64,000 nt of DNA from Sphingomonadales bacterium. Lineage in GTDB: Bacteria > Pseudomonadota > Alphaproteobacteria > Sphingomonadales > Sphingomonadaceae. The position numbers and the translations under genes are program-made. The notes beneath the pieces were generated by a model, which did not search any database, was not told where the DNA came from, and saw only the letters and a list, made by a program, of their open reading frames with translations. The stretch covers positions 68,284 through 132,283 of the forward strand of contig JAFLDB010000006.1 of NCBI GenBank assembly GCA_017302615.1, in the 5' to 3' direction. Of the stretch, positions 30,595 through 42,279 are shown in pieces. Numbering within the stretch: position 1 is the stretch's first letter; every line of letters starts with the position of its first letter.

Positions 30595-31731
30595 ATGAAC
30601 AACGATCTGTGCCGCATGGTCGGCTGCGATTTTCCGCTATTCGCTTTCAGCCACTGCCGCGACGTGGTGGTGGCGGTCAGCAAGGCCGGGGGCTTCGGCG
30701 TGTTCGGCGCGGCTGCCTACACGCCAGAACAGTTCGAGGAAGAGCTGGCCTGGATCGATGCCCATATCGATGGCGCGCCCTATGGCGTCGACGTGCTGGT
30801 GCCCGAAACGGTCGACGCGCGGGTCACCGGCTTTTCCAGCAATGCCGAACGCGCGGCGGCGATCTCGGCCGAGCACAAGGCCTTCACCGCCGGTTTGCTG
30901 GCGCAATACGGTGTGCAGATCCCCGAAGACCAGCAGACCCGCATCCGCGAAGGCGCCGGGATCACGCCTGAAAACGGGCAAAAGCTGATGGAGGTGGCCT
31001 TCCGCCACCCGATCAGGCTGATCGCCAATGCACTGGGCATTGCCCCGCCGGAAATGATTGCCGAGGGCAAGAAACGCGGCATTCCGGTGGCGGCGCTGGT
31101 CGGTGCTAAGGAACACGCGCTGCGCCAGGCGGCGGCAGGCGTCGACATCATCGTGGCCCAGGGCGGCGAGGCCGGGGGCCATTGCGGCGAGGTTTCGACC
31201 CTGGTGCTGGTCCCCGAAGTGGTCCGCGCATTGAAGGCCGGTGGTCACAATATCCCGGTGCTGGCCGCCGGCGGGATCATGACCGGCGGGCAGATGGCGG
31301 CGATGATGGCCGCGGGGGCACAAGGAGCATGGTGCGGCTCGGTCTGGCTGTGCACGCCGGAGGCCGAAACCAGTCCGGCTTTCCGCCAGAAGATGATCGA
31401 GGCGCGCAGCCGCGACACGGTCCGTTCCAAGGCCCGCACCGGCAAGCCCGCCCGCCAGCTCAAGACCGCCTGGCACGAGGCCTGGGACGATCCCGAAGGC
31501 CCCGGCACCCTGCCGATGCCGCTGATGGGCATGGTTTCCGAACCCAGCTTTGCCCACATCGAAAAGGCCGTGGTCAACGGCAACGAACAGGCCCGCGACC
31601 TGGTGTCCTACTTTGTCGGGCAAGGGGTGGGTCTGGTCGAAGCCGAGCGCAGCTGCCGACAGGTGGTGCAGGACTTCCGCGAGGAATTCGCCGAAGCCGT
31701 CATGGGCCTGACCGCCACTCTGGGGGACTGA
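30595..31731 (+). CDS. Nitronate monooxygenase / FabK-like flavoprotein
   Basis: VAQGGEAGGH, PVLAAGGI, GAQGAWCGS; TIM-barrel FMN family. Confidence 0.8.
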   Translation: MNNDLCRMVGCDFPLFAFSHCRDVVVAVSKAGGFGVFGAAAYTPEQFEEELAWIDAHIDGAPYGVDVLVPETVDARVTGFSSNAERAAAISAEHKAFTAGLLAQYGVQIPEDQQTRIREGAGITPENGQKLMEVAFRHPIRLIANALGIAPPEMIAEGKKRGIPVAALVGAKEHALRQAAAGVDIIVAQGGEAGGHCGEVSTLVLVPEVVRALKAGGHNIPVLAAGGIMTGGQMAAMMAAGAQGAWCGSVWLCTPEAETSPAFRQKMIEARSRDTVRSKARTGKPARQLKTAWHEAWDDPEGPGTLPMPLMGMVSEPSFAHIEKAVVNGNEQARDLVSYFVGQGVGLVEAERSCRQVVQDFREEFAEAVMGLTATLGD

Positions 31732-31741
31732 CGGCACGCCG

Positions 31742-32422
31742 ATGACCTACACGCTCATCACCGCCAACCGGAACTATTCGAGCTGGTCGCTGCGGCCCTG
31801 GCTGTTGATGAAAGCGCTCGGCATTCCTTTCGCGGAACGGTTCGAGCCTTTCACCAAGCCGGACAATTACGAGGACTTCCGTCGGTTCTCGCCCACCGGG
31901 CAGGTGCCGCTGCTGATCGACGGGAGCCGAAAGGTGCCGGATTCGCTGGGCATCACGCTCTATCTGGCGGATCGGCACCCGGGGATCTGGCCGGTCGATC
32001 CGGAAGCGCGGATCTTTGCGATCGGCGCGGTGTGCGAAATGCACGGCGGTTTCGGCCACCTGCGCAACGACTGCACCATGAACGTCGGGGTGCGGGTGAC
32101 GCCCAAACCGATGAGCGAGGGCCTCAAGCGCAACGTCGAGCGCGTGCGGGAAATCTTCGAGGAGGGGCTGGACCGGTTCGGCGGACCGTGGCTGGCAGGC
32201 GCAGAGTTTGGCGCGGTCGATGCGTTCTATGCGCCGGTTGCCTTTCGCGTGCGCACTTATGGGCTGAACGTCGGGAAAGGCCAGGCCTGGGTCGATCATG
32301 TCCTGGCCCATCCGGCCATGCTGGATTGGGAAGCCCAGGCCCTGGCCGAGGAATGGCGCGAGGAGGCGCACGAAGCCGAACTCGCCGCAGCGGGCGTGAT
32401 CACCGCCGACTATCGGAAATAG
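31742..32422 (+). CDS. Glutathione S-transferase
   Basis: NRNYSSWSLRPWL, SPTGQVPLL, EMHGGFGHLR, DAFYAPVAFR. Confidence 0.9.
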   Translation: MTYTLITANRNYSSWSLRPWLLMKALGIPFAERFEPFTKPDNYEDFRRFSPTGQVPLLIDGSRKVPDSLGITLYLADRHPGIWPVDPEARIFAIGAVCEMHGGFGHLRNDCTMNVGVRVTPKPMSEGLKRNVERVREIFEEGLDRFGGPWLAGAEFGAVDAFYAPVAFRVRTYGLNVGKGQAWVDHVLAHPAMLDWEAQALAEEWREEAHEAELAAAGVITADYRK

Positions 32423-32459
32423 AATCCTCTCCAATCAGCGATTGGGGAGGATAACCGGT

Positions 32460-33665
<1,206 letters not shown>

Positions 33666-33703
33666 GATCGGTTCCGATATAAAGAAAGCTTTATGTGATT
33701 GCC

Positions 33704-35272
33704 TTACCCGCCTCGGCGGCGGCGTGCAACCAGAGACAAGGCAAGAAGTGCTATTGCCCAGCCAAGCGAAAGCGCATTGCCGGCCTGCGCGAACAGGGTG
33801 GGATCAGCCGCAGGCGGCACCTTGCCGTCGATCCGCGCCGCCTGGCGCAGCGGTACATGATGGCGCACCCTGCCAGCCGCATCGATCACCGCGCTGACCC
33901 CGGTGGTGGTACTGCGCAGCACCGGCAGCCCTTCCTCGATCGCACGCAGGCGGGCATGGGCGAGGTGCTGGGGCGGGCCCCAATTACCGTACCAGCCATC
34001 GTTGGACGGGTTGAAAATGAAGTCCGGCCGCGCGCCCGGCTGGGTGACGGCGCCGGGGAAGATGATTTCATAGCACAGCTGCATCCCGACCCGGCCCCAG
34101 GCCCCCAGGTCGATCGTGCGCGGTCCCGGTCCGGGCTTGAAGCCGATATCGCCGGGGACGAACCGGGTCAGGCCCAGCGGTTCCAGCACCTGTGGCAGCG
34201 GCACATACTCGCCGAACGGCACCAGGTGCGCCTTGTCGTAAGTGGCGCGGACCGTGCCGTCGCTGGCAATCGCGCTGATCCCGGCCCGGGCGGACGTCAC
34301 CTTGTCGCCCTGCACATCGAGCCGGTCGTTCCCGGTCAGCAACACGGTGCCATCGCCGATCATCCGCCCGATCCGCCAGCGCGCCAGTTCCGGGTCCGCG
34401 CCATAGGTGGTGGCGCGGTACCAGCGGGCCGGATAGCCGGGGAACAGGAAATCGGGCAGGCCGGATTCGGGCCACAGCACCAGCCGGGTCTGGCCAGGCC
34501 GTGCCGCGCGGCTGAGGTTCATCGAGCGCTGGAAGGTTTCTTCATAGCGTGCCGGATCGTGCAGCTCTTCCTGCGCGGTATTGGGCTGGACCAGCGTGTA
34601 ATCGAGCGTCCCGTCGCGGGTATCCCGGGGCGCGGGCACCAGCATCAGCAGCACGGGCGCCAACACCAGCGCCGCTCCCCGCGCATCGGCGCGGCGGCGT
34701 TCCAGCGCCAGCCACCAGCACCCCGCCAGCAGCATGACGAGGCCGGACAAGGCATAGGTCCCGAGCCACTGCGCGGTGAAGGCCAGCCCCGGATCGGAAT
34801 AGGAGCGCAGCGCAATCGCCCCAAGCGGGTTCCAGGGGAAGCCGGTGAAGACCCAGCCGCGCAGCCATTCCCCGATCGCCCAGCACCCGGCGAGAACAAG
34901 CACCAGGGCAAGCCGGTTGCCACGCCCCAGCAGCCAGGCACCCAGCAACGCCAGCCCCGGCCAGACCGCCAGATAGGCGGACAGGCCGATCACCGCGATC
35001 CATCCCAGCCACGCAGGCAAGGCGGCCTGAAAGCCGAAAGCGGTGACGATCCAGTTGAGACCCACGGTGAACTGGGTCAGGCCGAACAGCCAGCCGAGCA
35101 GGAAGGCCTGTTTGCGGCTTTCGGCGCGGGCCAGCAGCGCGGTCAGCAGGGCAAGGCACAGCAGCGTCAGCGGCCACAGGCCCAGCGGCGCGAAACCGCA
35201 GGCGGCGAGCGCCCCCAGCACGGCGGCGGTCAGACGCGGACGGGCGAACAGCACGGCGGCCGCGCGCGTCAC
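33704..35272 (-). CDS. lnt: Apolipoprotein N-acyltransferase
   Basis: [45 protein letters not shown]. Confidence 0.93.
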   Translation of the reverse strand: MTRAAAVLFARPRLTAAVLGALAACGFAPLGLWPLTLLCLALLTALLARAESRKQAFLLGWLFGLTQFTVGLNWIVTAFGFQAALPAWLGWIAVIGLSAYLAVWPGLALLGAWLLGRGNRLALVLVLAGCWAIGEWLRGWVFTGFPWNPLGAIALRSYSDPGLAFTAQWLGTYALSGLVMLLAGCWWLALERRRADARGAALVLAPVLLMLVPAPRDTRDGTLDYTLVQPNTAQEELHDPARYEETFQRSMNLSRAARPGQTRLVLWPESGLPDFLFPGYPARWYRATTYGADPELARWRIGRMIGDGTVLLTGNDRLDVQGDKVTSARAGISAIASDGTVRATYDKAHLVPFGEYVPLPQVLEPLGLTRFVPGDIGFKPGPGPRTIDLGAWGRVGMQLCYEIIFPGAVTQPGARPDFIFNPSNDGWYGNWGPPQHLAHARLRAIEEGLPVLRSTTTGVSAVIDAAGRVRHHVPLRQAARIDGKVPPAADPTLFAQAGNALSLGWAIALLALSLVARRRRGG

Positions 35273-35282
35273 GATCGGTCGA

Positions 35283-36029
35283 TCAGTTCACCGGCTCAAG
35301 CGCTTCGCCGGCATCGCCGGCGGCCGGCTTGCGGCGCGGTGCGCGCTTGCGCGGCTTGGCCTCGGCCACTTCGTCATCGTCACGGCTGGCCGAGATCGAC
35401 GGCGGCAGCGAAGCGGGATCGAGCCCGACGGGGGCTTCGCCTTCATCGCGCTCCTCGCGGCGCGGACGGCGCTCGTCCCGGTCGCGGCGCGGACGCAGGC
35501 CAGTGCGCGGGCGGTTTTCGCGGACGAAGGGGTTTTCGGCCGGTTCATAGGGATTGGCTTCGGCGCTGTCTTCGGCCGGAGCCTCATCGACGGCGTGCTC
35601 GGCCTCGTCACCGCGCTCTTCACGCTCGTCACGCCGCGGGCGCTCTTCCCGCTGGGCACGGTTGGAGGTGGGCTGGTCGAAGGCGGGAAAATCGTTCGCG
35701 CCGCCAAAATCGCCGCCGTCCTCACCCTCGCCGCCATCGTCCTGCCAGCGCTCGTCGCGCGGGCGGCCGCCGCGGGCCTCTTCCTGACGCAAACGCTGGT
35801 CGGCGATCACGCGGAAATAGTGATCGGCAAACTGCAGATAGTATTCGGCCTGGACGCGGTCGCCGTTGAGGTGGGCGTCCTGGGCCAGCTTGCGGTACTT
35901 TTCCAGCAACTGCGGGGCATTGCCGCGCGCCCGGCTGTCGATCCGGTTGAGCTGCTGACCGCCACCGCCGCCACCCTGACGATTACCCCGGCCGCGACGC
36001 CGGTTATTCCCGCGATTGTTGTTGTTCAA
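35283..36029 (-). CDS. DUF4167 domain protein
   Basis: RIDSRARGNAPQLLEKYRKLAQDAHLNGDRVQAEYYLQFADHYFRV followed by a charged disordered tail; probable TTG start 36029. Confidence 0.85.
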   Translation of the reverse strand: MNNNNRGNNRRRGRGNRQGGGGGGQQLNRIDSRARGNAPQLLEKYRKLAQDAHLNGDRVQAEYYLQFADHYFRVIADQRLRQEEARGGRPRDERWQDDGGEGEDGGDFGGANDFPAFDQPTSNRAQREERPRRDEREERGDEAEHAVDEAPAEDSAEANPYEPAENPFVRENRPRTGLRPRRDRDERRPRREERDEGEAPVGLDPASLPPSISASRDDDEVAEAKPRKRAPRRKPAAGDAGEALEPVN

Positions 36030-36230
36030 GGGGTACGCTTCCCTATTGAGCGGCCTGCCCGGCTTGCCCGGACTGTCTGGCTGCAAGACCCTGTTTCCCG
36101 GTCGCCTCGTTACGGTCCGGGTTCCTCCATCTGCCTGCTGGGCAAGCCGTGAAACGGCCCGATCTGCAAATGCTGGAGGCGGCCTGCGGGACACGACAAC
36201 AAGGCGGTCCGGCGCTGGCCTGTTCCGGGC

Positions 36231-37103
36231 TTAGGCCAGCGGACCGGCCTTGCCAAGCGGAATCTTGAGTTCCAGCGCCCGCGCCCGCCCGGCCAGATCG
36301 CGATGCAGCGACCATTCCAGCCCGGCCGCAGCGGCAATGGCGCCAACCGCCTCGGCCTGCAAATGCCCGATCTCGACCAGCGCCACACCGCCCGGTGCCA
36401 GCAGGCCGGGCAGCTGCGGCACCAGCACGCGGTAATCGTCCAGTCCTTCCGGCCCGGCAAACAGCGCGCCGGCCGGTTCGTGATCGCGGACCGAGGGATC
36501 AAGCGCGGCATCGGCCTCCACATAGGGGGGATTGGCCAGGATCAGATCGAATGGCCCGCCCAGCCCATCGGTCCAGCCCGGTGCGTGCCAGTCCGCCAGC
36601 CGCCACTCGGCCTGCGGGGCCAGCCCCAGCGCTTCGGCATTGCGCCGGGCGATAGCCAGCGCGCCTTCGGAACAATCGATCCCCACCCCGCCGGCCTCCC
36701 GCAGATAGGCCAGCACCGCCAGCAGCAGCGCGCCCGATCCCGTGCCGCAATCGAGCACCCGGCGCGCATCGGGCCGGGCGGCCAGCGCCGCTTCGACCAG
36801 CACCTCGCTGTCCCCGCGCGGGATCAGCACGGCGGGAGAGACGATGAACGGCAGCCCGTAAAATTCCTGCCGCCCGGTGATATAGGCGACCGGTTCATGC
36901 TCCAGCCGCCGCGCCACCAGCGCCGCCAGTCCCGGCGGGGCGGGATCGCGCATGTGCCGCAGCAGCATTTCCGAGCGCGTCACGCCCAACAGGTGCGCCG
37001 CCAGCAATTCGGCATCGAGCCGCGCGGTATCGCTTGTCGCCTCCAGCCGCACGGCAGCGGCGCGGATTGCGTCGTTTACCGTCTGACCGGCCGGCTCACT
37101 CAC
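36231..37103 (-). CDS. prmC: Release factor glutamine methyltransferase
   Basis: [29 protein letters not shown]; directly downstream of prfA. Confidence 0.93.
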   Translation of the reverse strand: MSEPAGQTVNDAIRAAAVRLEATSDTARLDAELLAAHLLGVTRSEMLLRHMRDPAPPGLAALVARRLEHEPVAYITGRQEFYGLPFIVSPAVLIPRGDSEVLVEAALAARPDARRVLDCGTGSGALLLAVLAYLREAGGVGIDCSEGALAIARRNAEALGLAPQAEWRLADWHAPGWTDGLGGPFDLILANPPYVEADAALDPSVRDHEPAGALFAGPEGLDDYRVLVPQLPGLLAPGGVALVEIGHLQAEAVGAIAAAAGLEWSLHRDLAGRARALELKIPLGKAGPLA

Positions 37104-38160
37104 CCAGCGCCGCCAGCCGCTTGGCCTGGTCCTCGGCGATCAGCGCGTCGATCAGTTCGCCCAGTCCCGGCCCTTCCAGGATTTCGGGCAGGCGGTGCAG
37201 GGTCAGGTTGATGCGGTGATCGGTGACGCGCCCCTGCGGGAAGTTGTAAGTGCGGATCCGTTCCGAGCGGTCGCCGGAACCGACCATAGCCTTGCGCGCC
37301 TCGGCCTCCGCGCCCTGCACGGCATCGCGCTGCGCCTCGAACAGGCGGGCGCGCAGGACCTGCATCGCCTTTTCCTTGTTCTTGTGCTGGCTGCGCCCGT
37401 CCTGGCAGGTCACCACGGTCCCGGTCGGCAAGTGGGTGATGCGCACGGCGGAATCGGTGGTGTTCACGTGCTGCCCGCCCGCACCGGATGCCCGGTACAC
37501 GTCGATCTTGAGGTCCTTGTCCTCGATCTGCACGTCGACCTCGTCCGGTTCCGGCAGGACGGCCACGGTCGCCGCGCTGGTGTGGATCCGCCCGCCGCTT
37601 TCGGTCACCGGCACGCGCTGCACCCGGTGGACCCCGCTTTCGAACTTCAGCTTGGCGAAGACGCCGTTGCCGGTGATCTGGGCCACGGCTTCCTTGAACC
37701 CGCCGATGTCGCTGGCATTGGCCGAAACCAGTTCGAACCGCCAGCCCTGCTCGGCGGCAAAGCGCTCGTACATCCGCAGGAGATCAGCCGCGAACAGCGC
37801 GGCCTCGTCACCCCCGGTCCCGGCGCGCACTTCCAGCATGGCCGAGCGGCTGTCGGCCGAATCGCGCGGCAACATGGCGATGGCCAGCGCATGCTCGGCC
37901 TCGGGCAGTTCCGCGCGGATCCGGGCCAGTTCTTCTTCGGCCAGCTCGCGCATGTCGGGATCGTCCAGCTCGGCCAGGCTCGCCAGCTCTCCGCGCATCG
38001 CGGCCACGGCCTCGGCCGCCCTGGCGACCGGCTCCAGCTCGGCATAGTCGCGGCTGGCGGCGATGAAGTCCTTGCCCTCCAGCGTACCCGAAGCCAGCCG
38101 CGCCTCGATCTCGGCGAAGCGGGCGGCAATCTGGGCAAGACGGGCGTCAGAAACGCTCAC
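37096..38160 (-). CDS. prfA: Peptide chain release factor 1
   Basis: [21 protein letters not shown] (PxT), [26 protein letters not shown]. Confidence 0.97.
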   Translation of the reverse strand: MSVSDARLAQIAARFAEIEARLASGTLEGKDFIAASRDYAELEPVARAAEAVAAMRGELASLAELDDPDMRELAEEELARIRAELPEAEHALAIAMLPRDSADSRSAMLEVRAGTGGDEAALFAADLLRMYERFAAEQGWRFELVSANASDIGGFKEAVAQITGNGVFAKLKFESGVHRVQRVPVTESGGRIHTSAATVAVLPEPDEVDVQIEDKDLKIDVYRASGAGGQHVNTTDSAVRITHLPTGTVVTCQDGRSQHKNKEKAMQVLRARLFEAQRDAVQGAEAEARKAMVGSGDRSERIRTYNFPQGRVTDHRINLTLHRLPEILEGPGLGELIDALIAEDQAKRLAALGE

Positions 38161-39491
38161 CGCTGCTTTGCTCTGAGCAGCAATGTGCCACCTTCAGTGA
38201 CAGTCTTCTTCCATTCTTCCGGCGGAACGCCAAAAAGGCCAAGCAGAAGCGCCTTCAGAGAGACATACAGTGTACCGCGACGACGGTCGCCGGGATTGCG
38301 ATATCTTTTGACGGTCAGACGGCAGACTACTGATTCGTCTTGATCAGAGGAGATAACGACGGCGTAGTCGGGATGGGCCTTCATCGCCCTGTCAAAACGC
38401 TTTCTAACATTGCCGGTATTGTAAATGGCTGCAGGCATACCGCGCCGCCGCATCGCACGAAGCATCAAATTTCCAAGATTTTCATGGCGATCTTCATAGC
38501 TTTCGACGATTAGTGCGGCGGTCTTGACTGGCGGCGGCACCGCAACCAGCATCGCAAGTCGCTCGACGCCCGCCGCCCAGCCGACCGCCGGGGTGTGCGG
38601 ACCGCCCAGACTTTCCATCAGCCCGTCATAACGCCCGCCGCCCAGCACCGTGCCCTGCGCACCTAGTCGGTCGGTGACGAATTCGAAGGCTGTATGTCGA
38701 TAGTAGTCCAATCCGCGAACGAGTGAGGGTGCGCGGGTCGCTTCAACGCCGGCCGCTCGAAGACCGCTGTTCACCGTATCGAAGAACTTCCATGCTTCAT
38801 CACTCAGAAAATCGTCTATCTTTGGAGCATTGGCAGTGAACACCTTGTCGCGCGGGTCCTTGCTGTCGAGGATGCGCAGCGGGTTACGCTCCAGCCGGTC
38901 CTGCGAATCCTCGGACAGTTCGCCCTTCACGGCGCGGAAGTATTCGACCAAGGCGGCACGCCAGGCTTCGCGGCTTTCCCCGTCGCCCAGGGTGTTGAGC
39001 ATCAGCGTCACGCCGTCGGCAATGCCCAGTTCCTTGAGCAGCTGATCGGCCATGACCAGCAGTTCGACATCGGCCTGCGGTTCGGCCGCGCCGATGATCT
39101 CGGCGTCCAATTGGTGGAACTGACGGTAACGGCCCTTCTGCGGGCGTTCATAGCGGAACAGCGGGCCGTGGGTGGCGACCTTTACGGGCGCGAACTGCTG
39201 CCAGCCATTGGTGAGGTAGGCCCGCGCGATCCCGGCGGTGAATTCCGGCCGCAGGGTCAGCGAATCCCCGCCGCGATCCTCGAACGAATACATTTCCTTG
39301 GAAACGACATCGGTCGTCTCACCGATGCTGCGGCTGAACACTTCGGTCTTTTCGAACACCGGCATTTCCACCCGGCGGAAGCGGTAGAGCTTGCGGATGC
39401 GTTCGAAGGTTTCGACAACGTGCGCGAAAGCCTCGGCATCGGGGCCGAAAATGTCCTGGGTTCCGCGGATCGCCTGTGGGGTCTTGCTCAT
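38157..39491 (-). CDS. hisS: Histidine--tRNA ligase with divergent C-terminal domain
   Basis: [49 protein letters not shown]. Confidence 0.95.
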   Translation of the reverse strand: MSKTPQAIRGTQDIFGPDAEAFAHVVETFERIRKLYRFRRVEMPVFEKTEVFSRSIGETTDVVSKEMYSFEDRGGDSLTLRPEFTAGIARAYLTNGWQQFAPVKVATHGPLFRYERPQKGRYRQFHQLDAEIIGAAEPQADVELLVMADQLLKELGIADGVTLMLNTLGDGESREAWRAALVEYFRAVKGELSEDSQDRLERNPLRILDSKDPRDKVFTANAPKIDDFLSDEAWKFFDTVNSGLRAAGVEATRAPSLVRGLDYYRHTAFEFVTDRLGAQGTVLGGGRYDGLMESLGGPHTPAVGWAAGVERLAMLVAVPPPVKTAALIVESYEDRHENLGNLMLRAMRRRGMPAAIYNTGNVRKRFDRAMKAHPDYAVVISSDQDESVVCRLTVKRYRNPGDRRRGTLYVSLKALLLGLFGVPPEEWKKTVTEGGTLLLRAKQR

Positions 39492-39676
39492 GGTCGCTGC
39501 GCTTAGTCCGGTGCGGGCGATAGGTGAAGCAGGATTCGCAGTTTGCCTGTCCTACACGGCATGACCGGGCTATGCTTGCCCCCGCAGCGGGGACGGGGAT
39601 TTTTTCTTTCCGGAACCCTGTGAACTTTGTGAACTTCCGGCCAGTTGCACGGCGATCAAGTTGTCGGCATGAGGAC

Positions 39677-41629
39677 ATGATGAACACCAAGACCCGGATC
39701 GCCCTTGCCGCCGCCGTGCTCGCTCTTGCCGCACCGGCCATTTCCGCCACCCTGTCCTCGCCGATCGCCGTGCCGCTGTCGCGCCAGATCCCCGATGCGG
39801 CCGACGTGCCCTATCCGGGCGGGACGATGAAGCTGCACATCGATGCGACCGACATCACCCGGGGTGCCTACCGCGTGACGCAGACCGTGCCGGTCGCGCC
39901 TGGCACCAAGCGGCTGACGTTGATGCTGCCGCAGTGGCTGCCCGGCAACCACGGCCCGCGCGGGCCGATGGCCGAACTGGTCGATATCCACTTCTTCGCC
40001 GGGGACCAGAAGCTCAGCTGGAAGCGCGATCCGGTGGAAGTCTATGCCTTCCACATCGATGTGCCGGCCGGCGCGAAGGACGTGACCGCGAAATACATCC
40101 ACACCAGCCCGCTGCAGTCGGCCGAGGGCCGGATCACCATGACGCAGGAAATGCTCAACCTGCAGTGGGAGAAGATGAGCCTCTATCCCGCCGGGCACTA
40201 TGTCCGCCAGATCAAGGTCGTGCCGTCGGTCACCATCCCGCAGGGCTGGACCGCCGCTGTCGCGCTCGACGGGCTGAAGCAGGATGGCAACACCCTGACC
40301 TGGGACGCGACGACCTACGAGATCCTGGTCGATTCCCCGATCTTTGCCGGCAAGTATTTCCGCAAGTGGGATCTGGGCCAGAACGTCACGCTGAACGTCG
40401 TGGCCGACAAGCCGGAACAGCTCAACGCCAAGCCGGAGCATATCGAGCCGCACCGGCATCTGGTGACCGAATCGCGGATCGCTTTCGGGGCCAACCATTT
40501 CGACCGCTATGAATTCCTCCTCGCCCTGACCGACCGGATGGGCGGGATCGGTCTGGAGCACCACCGCTCGAGCGAGAACCAGCTGGAACCGAACGCGTTC
40601 CTGGAGTGGGACAAGTACGAATGGGACCGCAACCTGCTGCCCCACGAATATGCCCATTCGTGGATCGGCAAGTACCGCCGCCCGGCGCGGCTGTGGACGC
40701 CGGACTATCGCCAGCCGATGCAGGACGATCTGCTGTGGACCTATGAAGGGCAGGACCAGTTCTGGGGCACCGTGCTGGCCGCGCGCTCCGGCCTGCAGGG
40801 CAAGGACATGGTGCTGGGCATGCTGGCCAACTGGGCCGGCAGCTTTTCGGTGCAGCCGGGGCGGCGCTGGCGCTCGGTCGAGGATACCGGCCACGATCCG
40901 ATCTTCGCCGCGCGCAAGGCCAAGCCCTTCCCCAGTCTGGCCCGCAACGAGGACTATTATACCGAAGGCGCGCTGATCTGGCTGGAATTTGACCAGATCA
41001 TCCGCCGCGAAACCGGCGGCAAGCGCAGCATCGACGATTTCGCCAAGCTGTTCTTCGGGATGAACGACGGCGACTATGGCCAGCTGACCTATGAGCTGGA
41101 CGAGATCATCACCAAGCTCAACGCGGTGGCCCCTTATGACTGGGCCGGGTTGATCGAAAAGCGGATCAACACCCCGGGGCAGCCCGCACCGGTGATGGGG
41201 ATCGAGCTGGGCGGATACCGGCTGGCCTGGCGCGACGAGCCCAACCCCTTCGAAAAGGCGCGGATGGCCGATGCCAAGCAGCTGACCCTGACCTTCTCGA
41301 TCGGCCTCAACCTCGACAAGGACGGCAAGGTGCTCTCCACCCAGTGGGACAGCCCGGCCTTCAACGCCGGGATCGTGCCGGGATCGAAGATCGTGGCGAT
41401 CAACGGCAATGCCTATGACGGCGACGGCATGAAGGCGGCCATTACCGCGGCCAAGGATGGCGCTCCGCTGGAACTGCTGATCCAGCGCGGCAGCCGCTAC
41501 CAGACCGTGGCGCTGGACTATCGCGGCGGGCTGCGCTGGCCGTGGCTGGAACGGGCCGCCCCCGGCACCGCGCCGACCGGGCTTGACCGGCTGCTGATGC
41601 CGCGCCGGCCGATGGGCAAGGCGAAGTAG
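39677..41629 (+). CDS. M61 family metallopeptidase with C-terminal PDZ
   Basis: Signal peptide; PQWLPGNH; GLEH; LLPHEYAHSW (HEXXH); PDZ SPAFNAGIVPGSKIVAING; start set at ATG 39677. Confidence 0.88.
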   Translation: MMNTKTRIALAAAVLALAAPAISATLSSPIAVPLSRQIPDAADVPYPGGTMKLHIDATDITRGAYRVTQTVPVAPGTKRLTLMLPQWLPGNHGPRGPMAELVDIHFFAGDQKLSWKRDPVEVYAFHIDVPAGAKDVTAKYIHTSPLQSAEGRITMTQEMLNLQWEKMSLYPAGHYVRQIKVVPSVTIPQGWTAAVALDGLKQDGNTLTWDATTYEILVDSPIFAGKYFRKWDLGQNVTLNVVADKPEQLNAKPEHIEPHRHLVTESRIAFGANHFDRYEFLLALTDRMGGIGLEHHRSSENQLEPNAFLEWDKYEWDRNLLPHEYAHSWIGKYRRPARLWTPDYRQPMQDDLLWTYEGQDQFWGTVLAARSGLQGKDMVLGMLANWAGSFSVQPGRRWRSVEDTGHDPIFAARKAKPFPSLARNEDYYTEGALIWLEFDQIIRRETGGKRSIDDFAKLFFGMNDGDYGQLTYELDEIITKLNAVAPYDWAGLIEKRINTPGQPAPVMGIELGGYRLAWRDEPNPFEKARMADAKQLTLTFSIGLNLDKDGKVLSTQWDSPAFNAGIVPGSKIVAINGNAYDGDGMKAAITAAKDGAPLELLIQRGSRYQTVALDYRGGLRWPWLERAAPGTAPTGLDRLLMPRRPMGKAK

Positions 41630-41672
41630 GCACGAAGCATTCCGGCGCGCAAAATATCGCCGTTCAGACCTT

Positions 41673-41699
41673 GGTCGGTGTTGCAGTGCAACATCGACC
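41673..41699. promoter_or_regulatory. 27-bp inverted repeat upstream of ppa with TGC-N3-GCA core
   Basis: GGTCG-G-TGTTGCA-G-TGCAACA-T-CGACC, 20 bp before the start codon. Confidence 0.45.
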
Positions 41700-41718
41700 G
41701 GGGTATGGGCCGCGAACC

Positions 41719-42264
41719 ATGCGTATCGACAAGATCCCCGTTGGCGACAATCCGCCCGAGAGCCTCAACGTCATCATCGAAGTGCCCGTCGGCGGAGAGC
41801 CGGTGAAGTACGAATTCGACAAGGAATCGGGGGCGCTGTTCGTCGACCGGATCCTGCACACCCCGATGCGCTATCCGGCCAATTACGGCTTCATTCCGCA
41901 CACCCTGTCGGACGATGGCGACCCGCTCGACGCGCTGGTCATTGCCCGCTCGCCGTTCGTCCCCGGCTGCGTCGTCCGCGCCCGGCCGATCGGCGTGCTG
42001 AACCTGGAAGACGAGCACGGCGGCGATGAGAAGCTGATCTGCGTGCCGGTCGATTCGACCTTCCCGTACTACTCCGACATCGGCGAGCGGAAGGACCTGC
42101 CCTCGATCGTGCTGGCACAGATCGAGCACTTCTTCACCCACTACAAGGATCTCGAAGCCGAGAAGTGGGTGCGGATCGGCAAGTGGGGCGATGCCGACGA
42201 TGCCCGCCAGATCGTGCTGGACTGCATCGCGCGGTACGAAGCGGACAAGGCCGCGAAGGGCTGA
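41719..42264 (+). CDS. ppa: Inorganic pyrophosphatase (family I)
   Basis: KYEFDK, YPANYGFIPHTLSDDGDPLD, DEKL, FFTHYKDLE. Confidence 0.95.
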   Translation: MRIDKIPVGDNPPESLNVIIEVPVGGEPVKYEFDKESGALFVDRILHTPMRYPANYGFIPHTLSDDGDPLDALVIARSPFVPGCVVRARPIGVLNLEDEHGGDEKLICVPVDSTFPYYSDIGERKDLPSIVLAQIEHFFTHYKDLEAEKWVRIGKWGDADDARQIVLDCIARYEADKAAKG

Positions 42265-42279
42265 TCCGGCCCTGCGGCC

